A DNA stretch of 64,000 nt from Squalus acanthias (lineage: Eukaryota): contig CM059432.1 in assembly GCA_030390025.1 (NCBI GenBank), positions 143,656,001-143,720,000 of the forward strand, given 5' to 3'. Of this stretch, positions 1 through 12,327 are shown in pieces; the stretch's first letter is position 1; each line of letters begins with the position of its first letter. Under the pieces are notes generated by a model. The model searched no databases. It had not been told where the DNA came from and worked only from the letters and a program-made list of their open reading frames with translations. The position numbers and the translations under genes were made by a program.

Positions 1-335
1 TAGTTTCTTGCACAAGGGGTCAGCAAACTTGCTCATGAAGAATCTTCCTGGAATTCAGTGCGGCACATGTCTGAGTTCTCCAGTTACAAAATGCCTCGGC
101 ACATTTAGCTTTTCATCTTCTTTCCAAGTACAACATGCATTTGGTGAGTTTGTGCCTCTTTCCTTTTGAGAGACTCCACTGAATTGATGATTTTTTTTTA
201 TTAAAGTGCCCACTGCTTTTCTAACGTTACGTAAGTTACATACGGGTGCTTCTGCGCAGTGGTTGGGCAAGGTGATTTGAATGATGCACAGTGTTTGCAG
301 CAAGAATACGTTTGCCGAGAAGATTATCAGTAGCA

Positions 336-1726
336 CAGCATCCAGTGAGCCAGTGCATCCAGTGAGCCAGAGCATCCAGTGAGCCAGTGCATCCAGTGAG
401 CCAGAGCCTCCAGTGAGCTAGAGCAGCCAGTGAGCCAGAGCATTCAGTGAGCCAGAGCATCCAGTGAGCCAGAGCCTCCAGTGAGCCAGAGCCTCCAGTG
501 AGCCAGTGCCTCCAGTGAGCCAGAGCATCCAGTGAGCCAGTGCATCCAGTGAGCCAGAGCCTCCAGTGAGCCAGAGCACCCAGTGAGCCAGAGCATCCAG
601 TGAGCCAGAGCCTCCAGTGAGCCAGAGCCTCCAGTGAGCCAGTGCATCCAGTGAGCCAGTGCATCCAGTGAGCCAGAGCCTCCAGTGAGCCAGTGCATCC
701 AGTGAGCCAGTGCATCCAGTGAGCCAGTGCATCCAGTGAGCCAGTGCCTCCAGTGAGCCAGAGCATCCAGTGAGCCAGAGCCTCCAGTGAGCCAGTGCAT
801 CCAGTGAGCCAGAGCCTCCAGTGAGCCAGAGCCGCCAGTGAGCCAGTGCATCCAGTGAGCCAGTGCATCCAGTGAGCCAGTGCATCCAGTGAGCCAGAGC
901 CTCCAGTGAGCCAGAGCCGCCAGTGAGCCAGAGCCTCCAGTGAGCCAGAGCCGCCAGTGAGCCAGAGCCTTCAGTGAGCCAGAGCATCCAGTGAGCCAGA
1001 GCCTCCAGTGAGCCAGTGCATCCAGTGAGCCAGAGCCTCCAGTGAGCCAGAGCCGCCAGTGAGCCAGTGCATCCAGTGAGCCAGTGCATCCAGTGAGCCA
1101 GTGCATCCAGTGAGCCAGAGCCTCCAGTGAGCCAGAGCCGCCAGTGAGCCAGAGCATCCAGTGAGCCAGAGCATCCAGTGAGCCAGAGCATCAAGTGAGC
1201 CAGAGCATCCAGTGAGCCAGTGCCTCCAGTGAGCCAGTGCATCCAGTGAGCCAGTGCATCCAGTGAGCCAGAGCCTCCAGTGAGCCAGAGCCTCCAGTGA
1301 GCCAGAGCCTCCAGTGAGCCAGAGCATCCAGTGAGCCAGAGCCTCCAGTGAGCCAGAGCCTCCAGTGAGCCAGTGCATCCAGTGAGCCAGAGCCTCCAGC
1401 GAGCCAGAGCCGCCAGCGAGCCAGTGCATCCAGTGAGCCAGTGCATCCAGTGAGCCAGTACATCCAGTGAGCCAGAGCCTCCAGTGAGCCAGAGCATCCA
1501 GTGAGCCAGAGCATCCAGTGAGCCAGAGCATCCAGTGAGCCAGAGCCTCCAGTGAGCCAGTGCATCCAGTGAGCCAGAGCCACCAGTGAGCCAGAGCCTC
1601 CAGTGAGCCAGAGCCTCCAGTGAGCCAGAGCCTCCAGTGAGCCAGAGCATCCAGTGAGCCAGTGCATCCAGTGAGCCAGAGCCTCCAGTGAGCCAGTGCA
1701 TCCAGTGAGCCTGAGCCTCCAGTGAG
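336..1726. repeat. 17-bp minisatellite (CCAGTGAGCCAG[A/T]GC[A/C]T)n
   Basis: Unit directly visible; minus-strand ORFs show a 17-aa period (3 x 17 bp). Confidence 0.97.
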
Positions 1727-1863
1727 ACTTCTGTACCAGCTTGAAAGAACTAGGACCCTGAAAAGACACGTGTCACCTTTGTGTCTTTTAAATATTTGAA
1801 ACTGAAACATTTGTCGTTTGATAATTCAGCGTGACCTAATTATTGACTTTTCTTTAATTGTAG

Positions 1864-2029
1864 ATACAACATTTGTTGGATTCAAGGGTATGTGTTCCAG
1901 TGAGATGAATGTCATGTTTATCAGTAATCCTAAGAATGAAGATGTGCAGCACCCCATCATAGTGAAGGGAATCACCATTGTAGACAGTGAGGAGCGAGGG
2001 AAAGTCTTCATACACAGACCTGACGTAAC
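1864..2029 (+). CDS. PKHD1L1: Fibrocystin-L exon (TTFVGFKGMCS...KVFIHRPDV); gene begins upstream of the window
   Basis: AG at 1862-1863 and GTGAGT at 2030; peptide matches recalled PKHD1L1 segment FVGFK..C....NV.F..NP.NED.QHPI. Confidence 0.92.
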
Positions 2030-2345
2030 GTGAGTTATTGTACAATCACTTTGTGAAGCTGAGGTCAATCTTAAACTTCAAAATTCATTCACAAAGCACT
2101 AACAGGCTGAGCTAAGTCTAGGTCACAAGTTGTAGCATCCTGCTGTTTATGAAGAGTTGCAAATGTTGGTCTCTTGATTTGTACCATTGCATTGTTGCCT
2201 GCAGCCCCACTTTCTAGCTACTCCATGGTCCTGAGCACTGCTAAAAAGCCGGTCTTTGGAGCATGACTTCATCGCCTACCCAACCTGTGCAGCAGCCTCC
2301 AGCCTTATCGGTTTAAAAGAAGTGCCTCAAACCTCTTCAACACAT

Positions 2346-4425
2346 GCACTCTGGCCTCTGATCAGAAGGTTGTGGGTTCAAGTCCCGCTCCAGTGACTTG
2401 AACACAAACTCTAGGCCGACACTTCAGGGCAGTACTGAGGGAGCGCTGCACTGTCGGAGGGGCAGTACTGAGGGAGCACCACACTGTCAGAGGGGCCGTA
2501 CTGAGGGAGCGCTGCACTGTCGGAGGGGCAGTACTGAGGGAGTGCTGCACTGTCGGAGGGGCAGTACTGAGGGAGTGCTGCACTGTCGGAGGGGCAGTAC
2601 TGAGGGAGTGCTGCACTGTCGGAGGGGCAGTACTGAGGGAGCGCTGCACTGTCGGAAGGACAGTGCTGAGGGAGCGCTGCACTGTTGAAGGGGGAGTACT
2701 GAAGGAGCGCTGCACTGTCGGAGGGGCCGTACTGAGGGAGCGCTGCACTGTCGGAGGGGCCGTACTGAGGGAGCGCTGCACTGTCGGAGAGGCAGTACTG
2801 AGGGAGCGCTGCACTGTCGGAGAGGCAGTACTGAGGGAGCGCTGCACTGTCGAGAGGGCAGTACTGAGGGAGCGCTGCACTGTCGGAGGGGCAGTACTGA
2901 GGGAGCACCACACTGTCAGAGGGCCGTACTGAGGGAGCGCTGCACTGTCGGAGGGGCAGTACTGAGGGAGTGCTGCACTGTCGGAGGGGCAGTACTGAGG
3001 GAGTGCTGCACTGTCGGAGGGGCAGTACTGAGGGAGTGCTGCACTGTCGGAGAGGCAGTACTGAGGGAGTGCTGCACTGTCGGAGGGGCAGTACTGAGGG
3101 AGTGCTGCACTGTCGGAGGGGCAGTACTGAGGGAGTGCTGCACTGTCGGAGGGGCAGTACTGAGGGAGCGCTGCACTGTCGGAAGGACAGTGCTGAGGGA
3201 GCGCTGCACTGTTGAAGGGGGAGTACTGAAGGAGCGCTGCACTGTCGGAGGGGCCGTACTGAGGGAGCGCTGCACTGTCGGAGGGGCCGTACTGAGGGAG
3301 CGCTGCACTGTCGGAGAGGCAGTACTGAGGGAGCGCTGCACTGTCGGAGAGGCAGTACTGAGGGAGCGCTGCACTGTCGGAGAGGCAGTACTGAGGGAGC
3401 GCTGCACTGTCGGAGGGGCAGTACTGAGGGAGCACCACACTGTCAGAGGGGCTGTACTGAGGGAGCGCTGCACTGTCGGAGGGGTCGTACTGAGGGAGCG
3501 CCGCACTGTCGGAGGGGCAGTGCTGAGGGAGCGCTGCACTGTTGAAGGGGCAGTACTGAGGGAGCGCCGCACTGTCGAAGGGGCAGTACTGAGGGAGCGC
3601 TGCACTGTCGAAGGGGCAGTACTGAGGGAGCGCCGCACTGTCGAAGGGGCAGTACTGAGGGAGCGCTGCACTGTCGGAGAGGCAGTACTGAGGGAGTGCT
3701 GCACTGTTGGAGGGGCAGTACTGAGGGAGCACCGCACTGTTGGAGGAGCAGTACTGAGGGAGAGCTGCACTGTTGGAGGGGCCGTACTGAGGGAGCGCTG
3801 CACTGTCAGAGAGGCAGTACTGAGGGAGAGCTGCACTGTTGGAGGGGCAGTACTGAGGGAGCGCCACACTGTTGGAGGGGCAGTACTGAGGGAGCACCGC
3901 ACTGTCGAAGGGGCAGTACTGAGGGAGCGCTGCACTGTCGAAGGGGGAGTACTGAAGGAGCGCTGCACTCTCGGAGAGGCAGTACTGAGGGAGCGCTGCA
4001 CTGTCGAAGGGGCAGTACTGAGGGAGCGCTGCACTGTCGAAGGGGCAGTACTGAGGGAGCGCTGCACTCTCGGAGAGGCAGTACTGAGGGAGCGCTGCAC
4101 TGTCGAAGGGGCAGTACTGAGGGAGCACCGCACTGTTGAAGGGGCAGTACTGAGGGAGCGCTGCACTGTCGAAGGGGCAGTACTGAGGGAGCGCTGCACT
4201 GTCGAAGGGGCAGTACTGAGGGAGTGCTGCACTGTCGGACGTGCCGTCTTTCGGGTGAGACGTTAAACTGTCTGCTCCCTCGGGTGGATATAAAAGATCC
4301 CATGAAACTATTTCAAAGAAGAGCATGGGCTTTCTCCCCGGTGTCTTGGCCAATATTTATCCCTCAACCAACATCACTAAAACAGATTATCTGGTCATTA
4401 TCACATTGTGGGACCTAGTTATGTG
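2346..4425 (+). mobile_element. tRNA-derived Deu-core SINE (SacSINE1/AmnSINE1-like) expanded by an internal tandem array
   Basis: B-box-like GGTTCAAGTCC at ~2374; core resumes at 4241 (GTGCCGTCTTTC..GAGACGTTAAAC..AAAGATCCCATG); matches intact copies at 41.5, 47.1 and 49.2 kb. Confidence 0.8.
2429..4240. repeat. 33-bp minisatellite GCAGTACTGAGGGAGCGCTGCACTGTCGGAGGG, about 55 copies
   Basis: Unit directly visible; ORFs show an 11-aa period. Confidence 0.97.
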
Positions 4426-4429
4426 CATG

Positions 4430-5206
4430 TGTGTAGGGATTGTGTGTGTGTGTGTGTGTGTGTACGAGTGTGTGTGTGTGTGTGTGTAGGGATTGTGTGT
4501 GTGTGTGTGTGTGTGTACGAGTGTGTGTGTGTGTGTGTGTAGGGATTGTGTGTGTGTGTGTGTGTGTACGAGTGTGTGTGTGTGTGTGTGTGTGTGTAGG
4601 GATTGTGTGTGTGTGTGTGTGTGTTTACGAGTGTGTGTACAGGTGTACGAGTGCGTGTGTGTGTGTGTGTGTGTAGGGATTGTGTGTGTGTGTGTACAAG
4701 TGTGTGTGTGTGTGTGTGTGTGTAGGGATTGTGTGTGTGTGTGTGTGTGTGTACGAGTGTGTGTGTGTGTGTGTGTGTGTAGGGATTGTGTGTGTGTGTG
4801 TGTGTGTGTACGAGTGTGTGTGTGTGTGTGTAGGGATTGTGTGTGTGTGTGTGTGTACGAGTGTGTGTGTGTTTACGAGTGTGTGTACAGGTGTGCGTGT
4901 GTGTGTGTAGGGATTGTGTGTATGTGTGTGTGTGTGTACGAGTGTGTGTGTGTGTGTGTGTGTAGGGATTGTGTGTGTGTGTGTGTGTGTGTACGAGTGT
5001 GTGTGTGTGTAGGGATTGTGTGTGTGTGTGTACGAGTGTGTGTGTGTGTTTACGAGTGTGTGTACAGGTGTGCGTGTGTGTAGGGATTGTGTGTGTGTGT
5101 GTACGAGTGTGTGTGTGTGTGTGTGTGTAGGGATTGTGTGTGTGTGTGTGTGTGTACGAGTGTGTGTGTGTTTACGAGTGTGTGTACAGGTGTACGAGTG
5201 TGTGTG

Positions 5207-5256
<50 letters not shown>

Positions 5257-5298
5257 TGTGTGTACGGGTGTACGAGTGTGTGTGTGTTTACGAGTGTG

Positions 5299-5357
<59 letters not shown>

Positions 5358-5370
5358 TGTGTGTGTGTGT
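4430..5370. repeat. Compound (GT)n microsatellite with periodic AGGGATT and ACGA interruptions
   Basis: Directly visible. Confidence 0.97.
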
Positions 5371-5636
5371 GCGGCCCCTAGCCCGTCCCTTTGTTCTGTT
5401 CCTATTTAAACACTGTTGATCTGTAATTTCTTCCAGTTCTGACCACTCCAATCACCAGCTCCTCCGCTCTCCCACAGCCTGACCTGCTGAGCCTTTCCAA
5501 CATTTTCTGTTTCTGTTTCAGATCTCCGGCACCTGCCGTTTATTTAGCTTTCTCTGTTTCCACAGTTTTCTGGTGGGCCTTGCTGCAGAGAGTTGCCAAC
5601 CTTCACCCAGTTGTTTTTGTTGTTGATATTTGGCAG

Positions 5637-5869
5637 CAAGGTGAACCCTTCGAACTGTGTGGACATGGACTGTGACGCCAAGAAGAAGACGCTCCTGAAA
5701 GATCTTGACGGCTCGTTCCTGGGAGGAGTCGGGGCCGTCGTCCCTCAGTCGGAATATGAATGGGATGGCGACCGGCGCCATGGGAACGGCGATTATCGAA
5801 TTCCAAAGCCTTTGCTGACTTATTTAAACGGCAGTCGCATCCCTGTCTCCCAGATTGCACCACACAAAG
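5637..5869 (+). CDS. PKHD1L1: Fibrocystin-L exon (KVNPSNCVDMDCDAK...QIAPHK)
   Basis: CAG acceptor ending 5636, donor GT at 5870; phase fits both neighbours; matches recalled KVNPS.CVDM.CDAK and GDYRIPK motifs. Confidence 0.95.
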
Positions 5870-6000
5870 GTTTGCAAGTGAACCTTTTTATCGCAGATGT
5901 GCCCTGCGTGATTTGGCATTTAAGTCATATTTTGGTGCATTAATGGAGAGTGGGCAGGAGTTGAGTGATGAGCGATTGGGGCAGGAATGAAGAGGGAGGA

Positions 6001-6180
6001 GAGAGAAACAGAGTTAACGTTTCAGGTCGATGACCTTTCATCAGAACAGTTCTGACGAAGGGTCATGAACCTGAAACGTTAACTCTGTTTCTCTCTCCAC
6101 AGATGCTGCCTGACCTGCTGAGTGTTTCCAGCATTTTCTGTTTTTATTTCAGATTTCCAGCATCCGCTGTATTTTGCTTT
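6001..6180. mobile_element. Penelope-type terminal repeat, inverted head-to-head pair with minimal hammerhead motifs
   Basis: 6001-6047 is the near reverse complement of 6049-6095; each arm has CTGANGA..GAAACGTT; related copies at ~7.7/8.6 kb and 20.7 kb. Confidence 0.65.
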
Positions 6181-6679
6181 TGTAAGAGGGAGGAGAGTTG
6201 GGGTGTGTCGGAGAGTTTAGGACAGCAAGTGTGGATCCACAGATGAGGTTGCTGGGATAAGAACATAAGAAGTAGGAGCAGGAATAGGCCACTCGGCCCC
6301 TCGAGCCTGCTCCGCCATTCAATAGGATCATGGCTGATCTTGGGCTCAAAGCCACTGCCCTGCCCGCTCCCCATAACCCTTCACTCCCTGGGGGATGGGG
6401 GTGCGGAAAGGCGGAGTTTTCTTATAATGAAGAACATAATGGGGTATAAATTGGTGTTGGGCGGGGGTGCAAAACGGGCAGTAGCGAATCGGCAGGCTGT
6501 TTCACACCCCGCCCAGATTTCCCTTCCATTGGAGTCAATAGTCTAGTCTGAGTCACGGCCTCTCTCCAACAGCAGTACGGCAGGACAGCCGTTCGCTCTG
6601 ACCCAGAGGGTGAGCCGACAGCATCAGAGGTGAAATATAATATCCAGGGAATCAGAGTGAGGGCATTTAGAGAGAGCCA

Positions 6680-7115
6680 AACTTAGCTGAACTAAGGAGA
6701 GACTGGAGAAGCTGGGGTCGTTCTCCCTGGAGCAGAGAAGAGGAGATTTAATAGAGGTGTTCAAAAATCATGAGAGGTTTTGATAGAGTAAATAAGGAGA
6801 AACTGTTTCCAGTGGCAGGAGGGTCGGTAACCAGACGACACGGATTTAAGGTAATTGGCAAAAGAACCAGAGGGGAGATGAGGAGAATTGTTTTATGCAG
6901 CGAGTTGTTGTGATCTGGAATGCGCTGCCTGAAAGGGCGGTGGAAGCAGATTCAATAATAACTTTCAAAAGGGAATTGGAGAAATACTTGAAGGGGAAAA
7001 AATTTGCAGGGTGATGGGGAAAGAGCGGGAGAGTGGGACTAATTGGATCGCTCTTTCAAAGAGCCGGCACAGGCACGATGGGCCAAATGGCCTCCTTCTG
7101 TGCTGTAAGATTCTG
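6680..7115 (+). mobile_element. CR1 LINE 3' fragment
   Basis: CR1 ORF2 C-terminal remnant and 3' UTR resembling other CR1 ends in the window. Confidence 0.75.
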
Positions 7116-7275
7116 TGATCTGTGTGTGAAGGGGACAAACTGCTGCAGCTGTGTTCAGGGTGAAGACTGAACGATGTTTAAAGGATGAGACCGGCTGATT
7201 CTGTCTCGAACACGACGTTCCTTCAGGGTGACTGCCTTTAACAGTATTACATCACCACTCATTTTTCTCCCACAG

Positions 7276-7443
7276 GGATTATCCGAGATTCCACCTGTGC
7301 CTACATGTCCGACTGGCAAAGTTACAAATGCTTTGGGCTAAACTACGAAATGCTGGTTATTGAGAGCCTTGACTCTGATACAGAGACCAGGAGGTTGTCC
7401 CCAGTGGCTCTCCTCTCGGAGGGTTATATTGACCTTATTAACG
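7276..7443 (+). CDS. PKHD1L1: Fibrocystin-L exon (GIIRDSTC...SLDSDTETRRLSPVA...YIDLIN)
   Basis: Pyrimidine tract plus CAG ending 7275, GTATGT at 7444; conserved IESLD.DTETRRLSPVA motif. Confidence 0.96.
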
Positions 7444-7749
7444 GTATGTCTCGCTTTCAGATTTGCCGAACTTATATTTCACAAAGTGACAGAATATCTG
7501 GACTGATGTAGCAAAGAAAGATTGGCAGTGAGTTGGAGCCAATTTATGAATGGGAATTTGTAACAAAACAGTGCTACTATGTCACGGAGCTTCTGTCCTT
7601 TAATCTTTCCTGCCCTCCACCCTATCACAGACCTTCCCTTTTGTACTTTCCTTCCCTCCCTACCTTTCCCTGCCTCTGAACTTGCTTAAAACCTGTTACA
7701 TCTCTAACTATCTTCCAGTTCTGACAAAAGGTCATCGACCTGAAAGATT

Positions 7750-8581
7750 GGGGGCGATTTTGCCAGCCCTGGGGAGGTGGGTAAGGAGGCGGGACTGCCA
7801 GGAAAATGGCAGAATCCGGGGGCGGGTACCCATCCCGCCCCCAACCCACCTCCGTGCCATCTTCTCAGGAGGCGGGTACCCGACCCGCGCTGGGATCCGC
7901 CTCCCCGAGGCGGGAAGGGGATTAGTGCCAATTAACTGCCTGTTAACAGGTAGCTAACGGGCAGTTTTTTTGAGAATCCCTATTTTCAGCCCTGAAGTGT
8001 GGGCTTCCCGACGGCTCTGAACCTCGCCAGGGTCAGCGAGGCGGGCCGTCGGTCTGCGGGGGTCGGAGGGGCCGAGATGTCCGGTGTGCAGATGAGTGGT
8101 GAGTGCATGTGTGGAGAGGTGTGTGTAAAGTGTTTTAATAAGTTTTACTTACCTTTACTTCTTCCTGCAGGCTTCCTCCCTTCAGGTCTCGGGAGTCCCT
8201 CAGCTCACCGGCACAGAAAGCAGAATGGCCGCTGAACTGTCGAAAGCTGCAGCCTCTGCTTTCTGGTCTGGAGAGCTCTCTAACTGAGCCTGAGTGGAAG
8301 GACTGAACTGAGAGGACAGATTGTCCGTGTTTGACAGCTTCACAGAGCCGTCAAACACTGACATTTCATCTGTCAAAAGCTCTTGACAGATGAAACGTCA
8401 CTCACTGACGTCACCTGTAACCGGCTTTCCCTTAATTGGCCTGCTTGGTCCGCTGGGCGGGCTTAACAAGGTCAATCAAGGGAAAATAGCATGGGTTGGC
8501 CACAAGCCGATGGAGGCGGGACTAAAACCCGACAAGTGGGAGTCCCGCCTCCAAAAGCTCCCCATTGAGAAAATCCAGCCC
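7750..8581. mobile_element. Non-autonomous PIF/Harbinger-type MITE
   Basis: TIRs GGGGGCGATTTT / AAAATCCAGCCC with 3-bp ATT duplication; splits a Penelope-type repeat. Confidence 0.75.
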
Positions 8582-9603
8582 ATTAACTCTGTTTCTCTCT
8601 CACAGATGCTGCCTGACCTGCTGAGTATTTCCAGCATTCTCTGTTTTTATTTCAGATTTCCAGCATCTGCAATATTTTGCTTTTGTTTTAGTGCCAGCCT
8701 ATCTATGTCCATATGTTTTTCCTGTTGCTGTCAATCATTAACACCCACTGAGCTGTTTAAAGCGGTTTCATGTAGAATTCCTAGCCAGTAGGCAAGACAA
8801 CACATTCAAACAGAGCTTCAATGGGCAGCCTGTCTAGTCTTATGGGAGATGACATCAGACTAGCGATACTGTTGCAACCTTCATTGTGCATATCGCTCTA
8901 AAAAGCTTTCAGCGAGGAGTGATTATATAACAGCATCATTACAAAGATCTCATTTCGAAAACTGTTTCAAACAGTGTTTTAACAGGTGCTGCGGCCAACT
9001 TGCTCAATCTGATACTCTTTCTCATTATTACGTTTTCCCTTCACATTCTTAGAGAAAGACCCCCCCCCCCCCCCCAGCAGCGCTATTTAAAGGGATCAGG
9101 AAAATCCCATGGATAGGGGCCCTTTAAGCTTTTGATTGTAGGGTCTATATTAAATTAGTTTGGGTTATGGCAACCCTGCTATTCCCAGAGGGGATTGGTC
9201 CACAGGGACAATACTGGCCAAATTGGGCACTGATTGAGTTTGGGAATCCCACTCTGAGTGATCCTAGTTATGGTTGGTGCCTCACTAATGCAGTTGTGGG
9301 TGGTATTCTGATAACGGCCCATTATTGGGGCAGGGTGCAAGGCACTTTGCTCTGTGTTGCACTTGACCCGAGTTGTCTTGATCCTGAAACTCTGTGCCCA
9401 AAGTGGAGAAATGTTACGTTCTCATCTTGATAAACATAAATTGAAATAAAATTGAAATGTGGGATTTAATGAATGATTCATTCTAAGTACTGGGAGTTCA
9501 AACTCTGCTCTTAACCGTCAGTGCGGTTAAATGGAGTCAGGTGCTCGCTTTAAACTGTGTAGCTTGGCACTTTGAAATACTTACCTTATTGTTACTGTTC
9601 CAG

Positions 9604-9761
9604 GCCCACAGGATCACGGCTGGTGTTCCGGGTATACATGTCAGAAAAGAATCTCGCTGTTCTATGGAATTGTGGCAACGAATAAGTCTTACGATCTATA
9701 CTTCACCAGCACCAGTCCTCAGAACCTGCGACTAATGCTTCTCAACACTGATGACAGCAGA
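9604..9761 (+). CDS. PKHD1L1: Fibrocystin-L exon (GPQDHGWCSGYTCQKR...PQNLRLMLLN)
   Basis: CAG at 9601-9603, GTAAGG at 9762; conserved GPQDHGWC.GYTCQ motif; not captured as one ORF in the track. Confidence 0.96.
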
Positions 9762-10069
9762 GTAAGGAGCTGCTGCCACCGCAGCTGGTCTTTTATACAT
9801 CCTGCTTCTGGGCCGTCTTGCTACGGTTATATTTTTTTCTTCTCTTTGCTTGACTAATTTCAGTATTTCTACTTGTACCAGTGGCTTTTCCTTGCGCCTG
9901 TTGGGCGCAGGTGGCTGGAGGTAGCACTTAGTTGGATATGACGGGAGTGGAAGCACATATTGGGTGTGAGGCAAAGGAACTCGGGAGGTGCTGGAGGGGA
10001 GGGGGAGGACCTGAGGACATCAGAAATAGAAAGCACCAAAGAGGTGAGGCACATTGGGGGGGGCGGGGG

Positions 10070-10230
10070 GGGGCAACTTTAACCTCACCCACCTGTCAGG
10101 AAGCTGACGGGATCAGGAGCAATGCTGGCTTTTCACCCCATCCGGTTTTACTCTCCATTGAAGCCAATATTGGGCAGGGTGTAAAACCGGCGTTCCACCC
10201 GATCCCGAGAGGTAGGTTAAAATTACCCCC
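10070..10230. mobile_element. Short MITE
   Basis: TIRs GGGGGCAACTTTAACCT / AGGTTAAAATTACCCCC. Confidence 0.6.
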
Positions 10231-10709
10231 AATGGAGTGAGAAGAGGGTGATGAGAGAAACAAGGGGCAAAGAGTGAGGAAGGCTGGGGGAACAAGGATC
10301 CAAGACATGGATGGAGAGGGAACAATACTGAAGCAAACCTTGTGTGGGAGTATCCAACTTTTCAGACCGGGAGATGGATCTACTTGCCAAAAACAGTGAG
10401 TGGGTAACACGTGAACACACCAAAACATGATCGCCATAAACAAACACACGAATTGCAAGCTCCCTGTGCACAGGGAATCTGTACTTCATTTACATTTTGC
10501 TCTGCACTCCTTGGCCTCGCCTGGTGCTTGTCACTCGCTCCCCTCTGCCCTTCACTGTGTCTGCTGCAAGTGCCATTCTCTCTGTCACCCACCGACGTAC
10601 ACACCACTATCCAGGGCTCCACTGCCAGCTTTGCATCCCAGGACGCTTCAAACATCCCAGGCCTGGGAGGGTTTGTAAAACTTGCTTCCTGATTGGGTCT
10701 AAGATTAAC

Positions 10710-11187
10710 TCGGCTGCCCGTGTCCTAACTCGCACCAAGTCCCGTTCACCCATCACCCCTGTGCTCGTTGACCTACATTGGCTCCCGGCTAAGCAACAGC
10801 TCAATTTCAAAATGCTCATCCTTGTTTTCAAATCCCTCCATGACCTCGCCCCTCCCTATCTCTGTAACCTCCTCCAGCCCAGAACCCTCCGTGACCTCTG
10901 CGCTCCTCCAATTCTGGCTTCTTGAGCATCCCCAATTATAATCACTCAACCATTGGTGGCCGTGCCTTCAGCTGCCTAGGCCCTAAACTCTGGAATTCCC
11001 TCCCTAAACCTCCCCGCCTCTCTACCTCTCTTTCCTCCTTTAAGACGCTCCTTAAAACTTTTGACTAAGCTTTTGGTCATCTGCCCTAATATCTGCTCAT
11101 GTGGCTTGGTTTTATAATACTCCTGTGAAGCGCCTTGGGACGTTTTACTATGTTAAAGGCGCTATATAAATGCAAGTTGTTGTTGTG
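10710..11187 (+). mobile_element. L2-type LINE 3' fragment
   Basis: Translates to AARVLTRTK.RSPITPVL.DLHWLP...FK; ends in GCGCTATATAAATGCAAG(TTG)n tail. Confidence 0.85.
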
Positions 11188-11274
11188 GAATGTTTCAGGG
11201 TTATGGGTTTGAAAGATGCCAGGGATTTGAAGGGCAAAACTCTGAAGCTGATATTCCTTTCTTTTCTGAAAAAG

Positions 11275-11410
11275 GCTGTACGTTTGGCAATATATTATTC
11301 AACACCACAGCGTCTAGAAGTCTACGTCAACAATGCATTCGTCTCTCCTACTAATGCAGAGTGGAATGTCGCGGGCACTGACTTCCAACTAAAGGGCCCA
11401 ACCTACACAG
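11275..11410 (+). CDS. PKHD1L1: Fibrocystin-L exon (AVRLAIYYSTPQRLEVYVNN...GPTYT)
   Basis: AAG acceptor ending 11274, GTAAAG at 11411; phase consistent; QRL.VYVNN motif. Confidence 0.93.
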
Positions 11411-12327
11411 GTAAAGCAATGGCAAAACCTCTTCCGATATTGTTCTTCTTGGACACTTTAAAATAATAAGTGCACCAGACTCCTAGCAAATGAGAAAAGA
11501 GAAAATGAGTTGGCTGGACTTAATACTTGTGTGCTACATAGAATTACATCGAGTGTACAGCACAGAAACAGGCCATTCTGCCCAGCTGCTCCGTGCTGGT
11601 GTTTGTGTTCCACACAAGCCTCCTCCCACCCCTCTTCATCTCACCCCGTCAGCATGTCCTTCTATTTCTTTCTCCCTCATGTGTTTATCCAGCCTCCCCT
11701 TAAATGCATCTATACTATTCACCTCAACTACTCCCTGTGGTAGCGAGTTCCACATTCTCACCACTCTCTGGGTCAAGAAGTTTCTCCTGAACTCCCTATT
11801 GGATTTATTAGTGACTGTCTTATATTTATGGTCCTCTGGCTGCGAAATTCGGGGGTTTAGCGCCGGCCGTTAAGGCCGGTTTTGATGAAAAAAATGGCGG
11901 CCGGCAGGCTTCCGCCTGCTTCCGGCAGGTCCCGCGGCGGCCGCCATTTTGGGCAGGTCGGTAGTGCTGTCGTTGCCAGCGCTCGCTCCTGATATTTAAC
12001 TGAGACAGATTGTGACGTCAATGAGTGTGCAACACTGATTTGACGCAGATCTGCCATTTTGGATGTCGCCGCTCCTTTTAACGCCCTCTCCTAATCACGA
12101 CTAACTGACCGTGCGTTCTGCAGCAGGATGGACCCCCCCTCCCCCCAGCAGCGCTATTTAAAGGGACCATCAACAACTTGCAGCTGACTTGCTTTTTCAG
12201 TTCTAGTGACTAAGTTTGTGCAACTGTTTAGAGATTTCTAGTGTAGGTCACAGGGAGTGTTGCTGCAAGTGGAGAAGGCCTTGCTTCTCATTTAAAGAGT
12301 TCTGCTCAGACCACTTGCTCACAGTCA

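Noticed and set aside
2429..4240. CRISPR-like appearance (33-bp partly palindromic repeat)
   Set aside because: Units are adjacent with no unique spacers, no cas genes, and the unit is SINE-derived in a vertebrate intron
236..4353. Long ORFs (up to 663 aa) with HWxxWLTG or DSAALPQYC repeats
   Set aside because: Translations of 17-bp and 33-bp minisatellites inside introns; open in several frames because the units lack stops
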